Part shown: positions 49,672 through 64,000 of the stretch, one piece after another | How positions within the stretch are numbered: position 1 is the first letter of the stretch | How the letters are laid out: the number at the start of each line of letters is the position of its first letter | Assembly (NCBI RefSeq): GCF_009914755.1 | Contig: NC_060926.1 | Origin: the human T2T-CHM13v2.0 reference genome, Homo sapiens | Length of the DNA stretch: 64,000 bases | Reading direction: 5' to 3' (one strand) | The notes under the pieces: model-generated | What the model saw: the letters and a program-made list of their open reading frames with translations, nothing else | The model's database searches: none | What the model was told of the DNA's origin: nothing | Translations under genes and position numbers: made by a program

Positions 49672-49818
49672 CACCACTCCTGGCTAATTTTTGTATTTTT
49701 AGTGGAGAAATGGTTTCACCATGTTGGTCAGGCTGGTCTTGAACTGCTGACCTCGTAATCTGCCCACCTTGGCCTCCCAAAGTGCTGGGATTACAGGCGT
49801 GAGCCACCGAGCCCTGCC
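49672..49818 (-). mobile_element. 3'-truncated AluS (left arm and linker only)
   Basis: No right arm and no poly-A. Confidence 0.85.
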
Positions 49819-50989
49819 GTAAATGCATTTTAATTTAAGTTGAAGTTGTCTGGGTTATCAGTGATGTGTAGACAGACTGCTATCCATGAAAAGGCTGATT
49901 CATGTCTAAAACACTCTCAATTCTAAGGTGCAGCCCTTTGTCGTACCTCCTATCCCAAACTGAAAAGTGTTTACTTGTATTTTCTCCCTTGAAAGACACC
50001 AGGTTATAATTTTGTTCCCCTAGTTCCACAACACTTTGAAAAGTACAGCTCAGTCTTTTAGCTACCTCATCTTGACCAGAAAATACTTCATAGCAAAAGC
50101 AACCTTGAGTGCTGGTCTCAGCTCTCAGGGTTCCAGCCCTTTACTGGATCTCAACCAAATAATCCTCACTATCTTGTTAGTGGATTGATGCTTTCAAGAA
50201 AATTTTTTTCTTTGTCTTTTGACTAGCTTTTTAAATGGTCTTTAATGGGAAGATTAGTCTTGCCTGGTTCACCCTTGCTGGAAATAGAAACTTACTGTGT
50301 GTCTTCAAGCAAATTACTTAATCTTTCTGAGCCTTAGTTTTCTAATAGCATTATTACTTTTTAAAACTATTGTTTTGGGTGACAGTTCTCACTGATACAG
50401 CTCTTTAGCATCTGTTCTTAGATCTCTATTATAACACGTTCCCAGAAAGAAATTAACATTTTCTTCTTGAATGGCAACTTTGGCATTAGCAACAAGTCAT
50501 GGGGCCAAGACTAGTGAGATACTCCACTGAGCATTTTATTCTTGTGTTTTTATTCTTGTTTTATTTATGTGTTTGTTTTATTCTTGTGTTTTTGTGGAAT
50601 CCATAATGCGGATGAACACGCTTTTATTTTTTTTTTTCTTCTCCATTATGCTTCCAAAGACTTGAACATGGCATTTTGTGCAATGCATGTGAGTGGGAGA
50701 TGACACCCTTGCTCAGCCATTGAGGTGGGAATTGTTAGTAAATTACATTTGGCTGCTCCACAGATGAGATGGAAGCAACAATACGAGTAGGTATCTACTT
50801 GTATAATATAATGCATGTTGGGATTAAAGCATGATCCCATTTGCACAAGTTGAAAGGTTAAATATGATACACATTTTGATGTGATAAGGCAGGTCAAGCT
50901 TGTAAATAATTTTCTTCAAACTTGTTGATTTAAAAAAAAATCACAACTGTCTTTTTACTTTCCAGGTATGGAAAACTAGAACAAGATAT

Positions 50990-52710
50990 GGCAATATATA
51001 GTATTTGTTGAGCACTGACTAAGTGAGAGAAACTTTTTGAAAGGCTTCAGAAGTGTCAACTCACATGACGCCTTATTAAGCCCACCTTTCAGATGAGGAA
51101 AGTGAGGCACAGGGAGGTTGCCTGCGTTTGTACGGTTAGTGCATATCTGAGTCAGGAGCCAAAGGTGGGCAAACTGGGCCCTTGTTCAGTCTCTCATAGT
51201 GTTAATTTCTTTCTGACCTGCACTGTAATTCTGTAAGCCCAGGACTAACTCTCCACGATTTTCTGCCTTCCGTGGGGTGAGTGGAGTATCATAAATATGA
51301 AATATCTAGAGCCATGTCTGTTCAGCTTTATGTATAGCTTGGCTCAGCAGGGTGGATGAGTCTGGGTTCCTGAGGCTGTGGTGTGTACGCATAGACCATC
51401 CCACCTTTCCGAGGGCACAGGGACTGTAATGCCCCCCCAGCTCCCTTCCTCAATGCTTTATAGGTTCTCTTTATCCTGTCTGACCCTTGATTGTAAACCC
51501 CAACACTTGGTTTGGGAAGGAGGCAGCCTCTCCACCCCGTGGCTGGACTATAGGGTCTGTGATGCGAAGTGGTGAGAAGTACCTTAGTGCCTATGGGGCA
51601 GCAGGAAGCTTGGGGAAGGGCTGATCTAGGAGCTGGCCTGGGCTCTGGTAAACTGAATGGCTTTGGAATCCAGGAAGCTGGACTTCAGATCCTGTATAGA
51701 CCACTCACGAATGATGGGGCTCTGTGGGCATTATTCGTTTCTGTCAGTCTCAGGGTTAGCATTTCTCAGATGGAGCTAAAACATCCTTAATATGGTTGTT
51801 GTGAGACTGAATGATAGAAAGAGCTCTTAGATTGTTCCTGGCCCATTTTAGAGGCTCCATAGATGCTAACTATAATAGATCCAGATTTGGATTTCCCTGC
51901 TTGGGGCGGTTCTCTTCTGTAGCTTTGCTCTATTCCAGTGTGGGCCAGAGACCAGGACCACATATGCTACTCCAGGTGCAAGTGAACTACGGTTTTATGG
52001 GAGGGAGGGATAATGACTCCTCTCTGCTTTCCAGGCTGCCCTTCCTGACATGGCCAGCAGTTTGTTGGTGTGTTTGGCAGCTGCAGCGCATTGGTCTAAC
52101 ATTTTCTGGGCACAGTCTATAAAGACATGCCCATTCTCAATCTGAGTAGAAATTGACAGCACAGAGCTCATTGCTTCAGAAGTACTGTTTGAACCACCTG
52201 CTTCCCAAGTGCAGCATCCCTCACCTATTGAAGCTCTCCTGGGGCCCTTTCACTTTCTCACTCAGCACTGAGGGTGTCTGCCATTGGACCCCATTGGATT
52301 TCACTACCTGGAAGTGCTTGGTGGCAGCTGTTGACCTGGTTTCTTTGTGCTTTCCCAGTTCTAGAGGTTTTTGGCAGTGGTAAATACTCTTGCTCCCAGA
52401 ATGAATTCCAAAAAAAAAAAAAAAATTCTCCTTTATTACTGCAGCTCAAGTCTCCAATCTGGATGTTTGGCATGGAAAGAGAATTTTCCCCAATCCTAGC
52501 GTGTATTTTCTTTTAAGTACTATTGGGAAGATGGATGGTGCAGGGCAGAAAGACCATGGTCTTTAGAGTAGAAATGGGATCTGAATCCCCACTGTGGGAC
52601 TCTGAGCATGTTACTTGGCCTTGCTAAGCCTCAGCTTCTTTATCTGTAAAATGGGCTAATAATATCTGCATCATAGGGATGTTAGATGAATAAATGAGAT
52701 ATCCTAAGCT
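50990..52710. mobile_element. Three MIR fragments (~50990-51190 minus; ~51640-51870 plus; ~52540-52710 plus)
   Basis: cagatgaggaaagtgaggcaca and gcctcagcttctttatctgtaaaatggg cores. Confidence 0.6.
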
Positions 52711-52758
52711 TAATTAATGCTAATGCACTTATTTTTTAGTTGAAGGGTTAGCCAAGCC

Positions 52759-53056
52759 TTTTTTTTAGAGATAGGGTCTTGCTCTGTCACCCACATTGGA
52801 GTGCAGTGGTGCGATCATAGCTCATTGCAGCCTTAAACTCCTGGCCTCAAGCAATCCTCCCATCTTAGCCTCCTGAGTAGCTGGGAATTCAGGCATATGC
52901 CAGCACACCTGGCTATTTTTTTTAAACAATTATTTGTAGAGACATGGTCTCAACTATGTTGTCCAGGCTGGTCTCAAACTCCTGGGATCAAGTCATCCTT
53001 CTTCCTTAGCTTCTCAAAGTGCTGGGATTACAGATTCGAGCCGCGGCTCCTGGCCT
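52759..53056 (-). mobile_element. AluJ
   Basis: gatcatagctcattgcagcc; diverged dimer. Confidence 0.85.
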
Positions 53057-53498
53057 GCAAAGCATTTGAAATTGCTAAATAAATAAATATAGAAAAGACT
53101 TCTTTTGGCTTATATACTTTCTCGAAGACTTCTAAAAGAGTAGGTTACCATTTCCCCATGTCGGGAAGACAGCTCCCTGCCTCGTGCTCCCAGTGTGTTA
53201 TACTGGGTGGGTCTATACCATATAATGTTCAGCCACATGGACCCTAGAGCCAGGCTGCCCTCTTTAAATCCTGCCTCCACAGCTTGCTGATTGTGGAATT
53301 CTGAGCAAGTTGCTTAACCTCTCTGTGGCTAAGTTTCCTCACTTTTATAATAAGGGTAGCAATAGTAGCCACTTAGTATTGTTGTTGCAAGGATTAAATA
53401 TATTAATACATTCAAATTCTGGTAACCGTTTTTGGCAATAGTTTGTTAACTGGCTTTCCTCTTTCACCCCTACAGTCTCTCCTCGAAATAGCAGACAG

Positions 53499-53789
53499 CA
53501 GGGTGGGGTGACATATGCCTGTAATCCTGGCACTTTGAGAGGCTGTGGTGGAAGGACCACTTGAAGCCAGGAGTTCAAGACCAGCTTAGGCAAAATAGTG
53601 AGACCCTGTCTCTACAGAAAAAAAAAAAATTAGCCAGGCATAGTGGTGTGTGCCTGTAGTCCCAGCCATTCAGGAGGCAAAGGAGAGAGGATCTCTTGAC
53701 CTCAGGACTTTGAGGCTGCAGTGAGTTGTGATTGCATCGCTGCATTCCAGCCCGTGCAACAAAGCAAGACCCTGTCTAAAAGAAAGAAT
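53499..53789 (+). mobile_element. AluJ
   Basis: gaggctgcagtgag; TSD gaa(a/c)tagcagacag. Confidence 0.85.
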
Positions 53790-53829
53790 GAACTAGCAGA
53801 CAGGGGTCCGTCCAAAACTCCCAGTGAGT

Positions 53830-54270
53830 TCAGTCTAGCCCAGCCCCACGCTCCCTCCCTCCCAGTCTCACTGGCCCTTGCTCTCCGCAGGACAATCCGA
53901 GCACCCCATTTTCCATCCTCTCTGGAGAGATTTCCCCCCAGATATGTCCACCTGGCTCCCCTACCATGTTGAAATCTGCTCCAACTGCTTTATCAGAGAG
54001 GCCCTTCTTAGTCACGGTGTGGAAATCAGCTCTGCCACTTTGCCATCTTCCAACTCTCTAACCTGAGTTCTTTGAAAACAGTGCTTACCAGTGCCCAGCA
54101 CATTTTAGACTTTCGTGTTATCTGCTTATGACCTGTCTCCTCCTATTACAATGTAAACCATATGAAGGCAGGCATTGATCTGCTTTGTAACTGCTATATC
54201 TTCGTCATAGAGAATAGTGCCTGGCATATGGTGTAAATCCAAAAAGTATTTGTGATTATAAGTAAATGAA
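53830..54270 (+). mobile_element. L2 3' fragment
   Basis: atcagagaggccc...gaaggcaggcattg...agaatagtgcctggcata. Confidence 0.65.
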
Positions 54271-56635
54271 CAAATTATCTGAAACCCTACTGATTGGTGG
54301 TCTGCTGGTGTCTGAGTGTTGACCATGAGCGAGGCATGTAGCAGGCCCTCACTCAGCAACCAGGCTTGTGCTGAAGAATGCATACTTATACAGTGGGTGC
54401 TGGGGGTGCTGGGAGCACTGTCGTCCTGCCAAGCTCCATGCTTGATGGGGCACATAAGACCAGGGCAGGAGATGGGAGATGCTAAGAGCAACCCTTAGCC
54501 TTGGTTTCTTTATCCAGTGAATCAATAAATAATATTTACCATGTGGACCACTGAATGCTATAGAGCTCCATGCCTTACAGACAGTCATTGCTAAGCTATA
54601 GCTATTTTGAAATTCTGGATTTTGACCTCTGTTTACAAACTGGGTTAAGATACTCACTTCTCCCTAAAAGAGTTGCCTCCGTATGAATTTTGTTTTTAAT
54701 GAATTCACCCATATATCCATTTAATTATTTCACAAGCATTTAATGAGAAGACACTAGGCACAGAGCATCTCAGGGTGAGGATAATGGCTATTGTTTATCA
54801 AGCATCTGCTAAACACCTTTGCCACCCTCCCTCAATTATTACAGTACTGCTGAGAGGTAGTTGTTCTAATGCCCCTTGCATGAAGGAAAAAAACAGAGAC
54901 GCAGAGCAGGTGATTTGCCCAGGGTCATGACTAGTAGACAGCGGTGCACATTGCGTCTTGCACTGTGCCAGACAGAGTCATGTCCTGGGGTCTGTTCCTC
55001 CTGACCACCCCTGTCAGGCTCCAAGTGCTCCTGACATTGTGAATGCAGTGGCTTTTCATCATTCAAGGCGATGGAGATGGTCCCAGGAAAGCACATCCAG
55101 CTCATCCCAGCTCCATCTTTCTTCATTCATAAACTTTCCATGCTTCTCCAAAAGAGGCCTGGAAGACAGAGAACTCGACTTTGCAAAGGGTTTGGGAAAG
55201 CTGAGCATGACGCTTAACACAAGGCTCCCAGCCCAGCCAGGCCATTCGCCATCTGCACCATGTTCAGCCTCCTCTGCAAAGGTGGGTGGATCCAGGACTT
55301 TCTTGTTACCTCCTGGCAGGTGGTGGACTGGGCATTTGGCACCGAGCTGTCCCTGTGCAGCGCGCTGGGCAGATGCAGGCCATGAGATAGGTCAGCTTGA
55401 CTTTCAGGTAGTCATGGCTCCACGTTTGGTCCCACGATATCTTGGTGTTTCCAGAAGCAGAGCTGGCCCAGGACCTCCAGGAGCCTGAGGAGGCTGTCTG
55501 GTGGTGGGATGTCTAGAGAAGCCACAGGGCTTGGTGTTTCTCCAGCCCTCCTGGGAGCTAATGTGGCTTATGGCACCCTTCCTATTAGGCTGATGATGGA
55601 ATGTTAGCTGCAGATAGCGGTGTTTAAGAATAATTAACTGTCAGCTCTGGGCGAGGTACTGGGGGCACAGAGACAGAAGATGTGGTTCCTGCCCTCCAGG
55701 CCTCACAGGTTGGAGTTGCCAGATTTCTTTTCAGAGACATAGACAGCAGCATCTGCTGCTAAGCACCAGATTTACTAAATAGCTGTGGTTCAGCCACCGT
55801 GAACTACTCTTCCTGGTGAGCAAACGACACTGCTCCTTTATCTGAGATGGGAAGACGCAGAGGGAAGAGTGCAGGCTGCAGTTTCCAGGGAGTCTCAATC
55901 CTGGCTGTGAAGATGTCGAGCTCATGCTCCTCCCTGGAGGCGCTGATTGGATTGGGCTCGGCAGGGCCCAGGCATTGGCATTTTTGAAGCTCCCCGGGTG
56001 CTAACATGCCCACCTTTGTGAGCATGTTATGATTGGAATCATGTGGGGGAAATTGTTAAACATCAGAGATATCCTGGGCTCACTCTAGATCTGTGAGTCA
56101 CAGCCTTCAGTGGGATGGGGCTTGAGTGCCTGTGGTTATTTAAAAAACTCCACTATTGTTCTTTCATACAGCTACAATGGGCAATTATGAAATAGATTTA
56201 TTTTTGCACCTTAGTTGGGCAAGTTGCCTTTTTGAGGGTCAGCCATCTTCTGTGAAATGGGCTGATCTGGAGCGGGCTGCAGCAATTCTGCCAGATCAGT
56301 TACCACCTATACTTAGCACATGTTCATGAACCTGGGCGTTCAACAAACTGTCGTCCTCACTGGTATTTTTAGCCTTTGAGTGGCCAGTGGATTCTAGCTT
56401 GGTTTACACAATGGATGTGATTCACCTGAACATTTTCTTGTTCTATATGTGGAATCTAAATGGCCTGTGACTCTTGTCCTGCTGCTCATGCAGCCATCCA
56501 GAACTGTAGATTTTCTATTTTGGATGAAAATAAATTGTGTAAATGGAATTCATTTTCCTATCAATTTGTCTGGGGTTCTGATCTCATCTATTCACTCAAG
56601 AAACCCAGGAGAGAATGATGTTTATTACGTGTTAG

Positions 56636-57247
<612 letters not shown>

Positions 57248-59862
57248 TGACAGATATAAACTGCTTTCTTTTCTGAATGGGGCATTCTGGTGTGGGGGGA
57301 AGACATGCAGTTTTGTGGGTGGGGTCTTGGTGGTGGTGGTAGGGGTCTCTGCTGTGTTCTTTGTGTATTGAGAAGAAGAAAATGGGATTAAGAGATAACT
57401 GTGTGTCTGGAAGGGTATTCTGAAGGGAAGTCTTTTGGCTAGGCAAGCCAGAGAGGCAGAGATGCTTGATTTTTAGATAAGTAAATAAATCATTCTACAA
57501 CTATTAACTGAGAACATTGTACCAGGCTTGGTCACGGATGTAAAAATATCTACTTTGTTTGCACCTGGCCCCAAGAACTCCATTCCAGAATCTTCTTTCC
57601 CTTCACTCAGTGTTTTGAATGCAAATATTTGAATAAGAATTATACCCACACTAAGGAATGTTCATTGAAAATGCACTTTTCAGAATAAACTCTGATGTCC
57701 AATTTAATTTCTTGGTCCATTTTCTATGAAGTGGAGTTAAACTGTCTCCAATTGTTTCCACTTTTATTTCCCTGAAGTTATTTTTTATCTAAATCAATTC
57801 TTTTCATGTAAGTTTTGCTCTGGAGGTTTAATTTTTTGGCCAGTTTTATTATGAATATGAAATTTTACTGATTATGGTCTCCATCATTGTGAGTTTTCTT
57901 TTGTGGTCATTAATTCCACAAAATCCTATTTTCTGGGTCAAATTTTGCATATATAAATTTTACTGCCTGTGATGGTAGCCATTGCTGGTTTCATTTTGTG
58001 TTGATTATTTCCACCGGTATTACTTGCTATGGGTTGGATAAAAGACTGATTATATTCATTTCTTCACTAATCTGTCAGAAAATAAGGGCAATTCCCTGCA
58101 CACAATTCCAATTGTGTCCTGCTGTCCAGTCCAGTCTATTGTTTGGCGAATCCACATTTTCCACCTATTTCTATCACTTTGCAAACTAGGAAGGAATGTG
58201 TTCACACTGCTCTTAGACCAACACGTAGATCTGTTGCTGAGGTCAAGACAGCAGATTTCTAAGTGATCTTTGCACATTCCTGAGCCTGCTCTCACTCAGT
58301 GACATCACTTGATTCTGGGAGAGAGCCATGTATGTCTGGCCCCTCACCACGTCCACTGCTGTGGATTTACTCAGATTCTGTAGCCCAGGTGAGAACTCCA
58401 CAGGGAGCCCTCAGGGCCTTCCCTGTTGAGACTCTTGTCCAACAAAGTAACAGGATTTATCTGACGAGATGTCAGGAGGCATAGACAAGTGTACTCACGA
58501 ACTCCCTTTAGGGAGAACACTGGATTCCTTTGGAAGAATTACTCTGAAAAGTCTCTTAGAATAGACAAAGAGAACTTATGCTCAACTTCCAAAACATAGT
58601 GGTGGAACCAGCAAGCAAAAATGAAGAAGAAAAGCTGGCAGGAGATCCTAGGGGAGGAACGAGATGGAAGAAACGATGAAGCCTGGGAGAATTGGGCCAT
58701 CACCAGCTCCATCAGAGATGTCACCCAGAGTCCCAGATCAAGTTGGCTAAACTCACCGAAGCTGGGGTGGGTTACATTTCCTGCAGAAATCAGTGAAGGG
58801 GCTTCAAGGAGGTTTTCTCAAGAATTTGTGGCAATTGTAGGAAGGGCTTTGTTCTATAAGCCACAGAATCAGAGACTCAGGCCAAGTTTAGTTATTTTTC
58901 AGAGGACTGTAATATCTATATTGACATTATAAAAATATATATGTACATGTATTGGGTATATTTACTATTTATTTCTACTTGTAGATATCTTGAGGAGGCT
59001 TATAGAAAAATATGAAAATTATTAGATGAAGAAATCAGGGAAGAGAGAAAAACTAAGGAAGGAAGTAAACTTTCATAAGGTTAGTGTACAGAAATGGAAA
59101 GGAACATAGATAATTTCAGATTGTGTAGACTGCATATTGGTGTAAAGCTTCCTGTAGCCAAGGCAGGGAGCAGGCAATAAGCAGCTAAAACCATTTTATG
59201 ATGTCTCTAAGATACACATAATACCTAAAGGACCAGTGACCTCAATTCTTTTCTGTTTCCCCAAAGTATTTAATGAGGTTAGTCAATTTTGGTAGCAAAG
59301 GCGACTATTTAAAACTGAAATATGTATGTTAAACTTTTAACAACACTTCTAAAATTTAAATACAATTCCCAGATGTAGTCTTTAGCTCTAGAAGAAACTT
59401 AAGAAATGAACATCTCAGAGAGGAGGCTTCCCTCTTGGATTAATTCACTAAGTGTTTATCTACACCTGCTGGGTACCAGGCCTTGTGCCTGTGAAAGCAT
59501 AGGCTGTGTCACTGTCTTTCCTGACATAAATACAGGCTGTTAATGGTGGACTAGACATGTCTTAGTTTATTTTCACCCTGTTTATTTATTCCATAAACTT
59601 CTGCTGTGTCTGCTATGTGCTGGGCATTGCTCTGGTTGCTGGAGGCACAGAGGATAAGTGTGCTACCTTCCTGAGCTCAGAGTAGGGGGCGAGTTAGTGC
59701 ACTGAGATGGCAACAGTGAGGAATGGCCCGTGGGGGGCTAGAGTGTCTGGGAGCTGTGAGCATGCCCCATCCGTTTGGGTGGCTGTTGGCCACGGGGAGG
59801 GCTCCCTGTTGGGAAGATATTGATTTACTCCTCTCAGAGCTTGCTCTTTGGTCCTTCCAGGT

Positions 59863-60381
59863 TGTTGTGCCAAGCCCCTATTAACCCACATAGGGAAGGC
59901 ACCAGGTTCAAGAGGCCAAAGAAGAGATTTAGAGTCAGCACACGAGACACAAGGTTTTACAGGGGGCTTATATACAGAGGAGAGAGCCCAGCTGGGCAGA
60001 GAACCATCTTACCTACAGTCCAGGGGTGGCAGCCTGGACAAGGCAGCCTTACGGCCTAGCAGCAGCAGGCTAAGCAGGAAAACTGCAACCTCCTGCAAAC
60101 GGCATGCACTTTATATTGCATTTTCACTTCACACCCTCCCCCTAAAAACCTCCACCTGGTAACCTTCCTTTAACCCAAAACTCAGGGCCTCGATCCCGTG
60201 TATAGCCCATGTTCCATGGAACAGGCTGGGCACTCAGATGTTTATCATAGATAAAGAATGAATCTGCAGGTTGGCCACTCCTGGATTTCCTAGCTCGGAA
60301 CACACATTCAATTGCATCTGCCACACAGGGTTATTCTAAGCATATGCTTAAGTTATGGCTATCAGGTGCATTTACCCTACA
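59863..60381 (-). mobile_element. LTR47-like ERVL solo LTR
   Basis: Minus strand begins TGTAGGGTAAATGCACCTGA; 5-bp TSD CAGGT at 59858 and 60382. Confidence 0.75.
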
Positions 60382-60493
60382 CAGGTGCAGCTGTGAGGGG
60401 TAGACCCTGACCCTGTGTCATGTGTACACTTTAAGCCATGCTGGAGGGATGTCTATGCTGTCCAGATGATTCTGGGCTTTTTCACTCAAACTA

Positions 60494-60944
<451 letters not shown>

Positions 60945-61313
60945 TCACAGAGGGCCAGGTCAGATGTGGTCATGAGGAGTGAGGTCGTCCCTCTGTTGTC
61001 ACTTCGCCTCCCACTGCACCCACCCACACATTTTGCAAGCCTTGGACACCGACAGCCAAATAAGAGCCCAAGTTTCCTTTTCCAAAAAACATGAATTGAA
61101 AGATAAGGACCCAACATACAAAGACAATCATCCTCTCCTGCTCAAATATATATATATATCTTTTGCTGTCCTTAGGCCTGAGTGACAACTGAGTCCCCCT
61201 CAGTCCATCCCTGGAACCATGATGATGGCAGCACCTACATAACATTCACTACTTACTCTGGGTATGCCACATTTACAAGCACCCTACATACTTCGTGAGA
61301 TCTCATGATGTTC

Positions 61314-61438
61314 CTGTGAGATAGGTATTATTATTATCTCCATTACAGAGGAAAAACTGAGGCACAGGTAGGGGGTCTGTGAGATAGGCATTATTATTAT
61401 CTCCATTACAGAGGAAAAACTGAGGCACAGGTGGGGGT
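61314..61438. repeat. 63-bp tandem duplication within a MIR
   Basis: ctgtgagatagg(t/c)attattattatctccattacagaggaaaaactgaggcacaggt at 61314 and 61377. Confidence 0.9.
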
Positions 61439-61788
61439 AAGCTGGGATTTGTAGTCTGGCTCCAGAGTCAGGACTCTTTACCACGACCGCGACATGGCGC
61501 TGGCTCTCAAACAGCCAGGGATTGGGAGGGCCCCAGCTGTCAGCTGGTAGAAGACCTCTGGATGCATGGTTCTGGGGGGACCTTACATGGCCCAGTACTG
61601 ACAGTGTCCGTCAGGTGTGGTAGTGTTGAAATGGCCTGTTCACCAAGACCATCTAAGGTGTCCCTGGGGCCAATATGCAAGTGGTGAAATTCCTGTTGGT
61701 TGGGTTGGGGATTTTGCAGGAGGGTCTGACAGAAGCACTCGCACCCCTAAGGACACAGGTATGTATATTTGTGAAAACTCATTGATCT

Positions 61789-62102
<314 letters not shown>

Positions 62103-63281
62103 CTATATGCTTTAAACAGGTGCATCTTATAATATGTAAATTATAACTCAATGAAGTTGATTTTAAAAGAGGAAAAAACATGCCCCAAACGTTAAACATC
62201 TGGAGTCCCACACCCCACATTGCTCAGGTGCCCTCTGTGCCCCATTAGGCAAAGCTCTCTCTGGCCATGACTTCCCCTGATAATTCACAGTTGGTGTGTG
62301 ACAGCTGAAGGAGGCTTATGTAGGTGTTTAGTGATGGCCATGGAGCCGGGAGTCCTCGACCAGCTCTACTCCGATCTATTTTATTCCCTAAAACTGCCTC
62401 TTGCTGCTGCCACAGAGCTATCGCTGGAGCTGCGGGAGGGAGGCAGCCAGCTAAGCAGACCTAAGACAGTGGGGATTTTGGGACTGGAGCTGCAGCTTTA
62501 TGGGGAGACCACTTTTCTGGGAGAACTCCTCTTACATCACCGGCCATCTGATACGTGGAAAGGTAACACTTGGGACCTTCTCCTCAAACACTTAGACATT
62601 CAGTGCTTATCTGAGGCCCAGTAACACCAGATTTTCATGTGGCCAAGCATGAGCAAATGCCCCTGGCACCGCTGTTTACCAGCAGCAAAATTGCGGGCAT
62701 CTGTGTCTCAGTTTTCTTCTCTGCAAAATGGGTACAATGAGGCCTGGCTCACAGAAGGTGCTTGGGGTTGATGACTCTCCAAGATGCTCATATTTCTCAC
62801 CTCATTCCAGGTGCTCTCCTCTGAGATGTGTCTTCAGTGATGCCACCTTCTCTGCCTCCTGTCCCCTGAAGACTTGCAGCCCTGATGGTCTCAATCACAC
62901 TATGTGATAATGTTGCTTTGGTCTGTCACTGTGGTTGGGTCAAGTGCTTTTGTCAACTGGAGTATAAACTCCTTGTGGGCAGTGACGGACTTTTATTCTA
63001 CCTTCTCCGTCACACTTCCCATAGTCCTCATATAATTGCCTGGCTATATTTTTTCCATAGCACTAAACCACCATTTAGAATGATCTTATTATGTATTGTT
63101 TTCTAACTTATCACCTGTCTCTCCAACTAGATTGTAACCTTTTGGTTATAATCCGTTTATTATCTTACCCCTGGAATCTAGGGTGGTTGGTGGCAGAGAC
63201 CTCATAGGCCCTACATAAGTGTTTGGGAATGAATGAACACCTCCCTTAAGCCTTACTATAGAAGGAATAAGACTCAGCCCC

Positions 63282-63333
63282 GGCAGGTGAGGTGGCTCAC
63301 GCTTGCAATCCCAGCACTTTGGGAGGCTGAGGT
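63282..63333 (+). mobile_element. 52-bp Alu 5' fragment
   Basis: ggtggctcacgcttgcaatcccagcactttgggaggctgaggt, then an abrupt end. Confidence 0.8.
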
Positions 63334-64000
63334 TCAGCATCTCCCCACTCCCAGTGCAGATCTGAGTGGATTATGGGCTCAGCACATACTTTCTGGGCTG
63401 TTAGCTGGCTTATTGAATTACACACAGGGCCACCCCTGTCAACAGATGGTCACGGATGAGATTATGAAGGTCCCCAGGGGTCTGGCAAGAATGGGACACG
63501 GGGGACATGGCTGACTTTATGGGCTCACTTGTGGTTGCTGATAGAAGTGATATCAACACAAATGGTTTCAGCTGTAAAGGGTAGCACCATCTATCACTAG
63601 TGTCTGAAAACCGATTTTTATGAAAGGGAATTTTAATGGAAATGCCAGGTTTGTGAAATGGAAGGCAAAGATAAAGTTGAGGGGATGCTTTGAGGCCTAC
63701 AATTACTTTTTATTTTTAATTTTTTTTTTTTTTAGATTTAGGAGGTGAATTCTAAAGGGAGAATTGACAGGTTTTATCCCTCTTCAATTTTCAAATGGGA
63801 TATGTCTTGCTTCCTCAGTAGAATTCTAGGTTAGGCCATCAATTTCCTTTCAAGGAGAAACCCATTGTGTGGGAATCACCTTTGTCCTGATCTATATGAC
63901 AAGAACAGGATATTGCTGCAAGTTGTTAGGGATCAACATGACCGGCATCTAATTCTCCCTGTGCTATTTCTGCTCCCTCTGCCAAGAGTGGAATATCCTA

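Noticed and set aside
50950-50971. Possible recursive splice site (pyrimidine tract, CAG|GTATGG)
   Set aside because: Donor half is only a moderate match; such motifs are frequent by chance and no host transcript is established.
54958-55488. 176-aa ORF in GC-richer sequence
   Set aside because: Non-ATG start inside a MIR, no recognisable motif, no convincing splice sites.
58950-59250. Possible ancient LINE (L4/RTE-like) fragment
   Set aside because: Resemblance too weak to assign without a profile search.

Overview
Primate (human-like) genomic DNA made almost entirely of interspersed repeats and unique non-coding sequence. I could not recognise any host protein-coding exon, RNA gene or CRISPR array. 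The main elements are two young, same-orientation (minus-strand) L1PA2/L1PA3-type LINE-1s. L1-A (1-3923) is cut by the window edge; L1-B (31421-37464) is full length with a target-site duplication (TSD). Both keep an intact 338-aa ORF1 and have a broken ORF2. A third L1 (22758-25074) is 5'-inverted (twin-primed) and carries a short 3'-transduction-like tag. The rest is about 14 Alus, MIR/L2 relics, solo LTRs (MLT2A, MLT2B, MLT1, and MER66-, MER67-, LTR33-, LTR41-, LTR16-, LTR47-like) and hAT/mariner fossils (MER53, MER30, MER58B, MER1B, MER5, Charlie1, MADE1). The most unusual signals are rearrangement footprints rather than a new gene system. (1) The two L1s, 33.5 kb apart with unrelated flanks, share non-consensus substitutions and the same ORF2-killing 2-bp deletion, interleaved with sites where they differ; this suggests patchy ectopic gene conversion or an assembly artefact. 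(2) At 43.6-47.1 kb, two consecutive ~120-bp pieces of one unique segment were copied into two different LTRs, next to a 31-bp minisatellite bracketed by inverted repeats and fold-back palindromes. (3) A flank-plus-Alu-head junction was copied 2.7 kb away. Repeat family names come from recalled consensus motifs, not a database search, and boundaries of old repeats are approximate.
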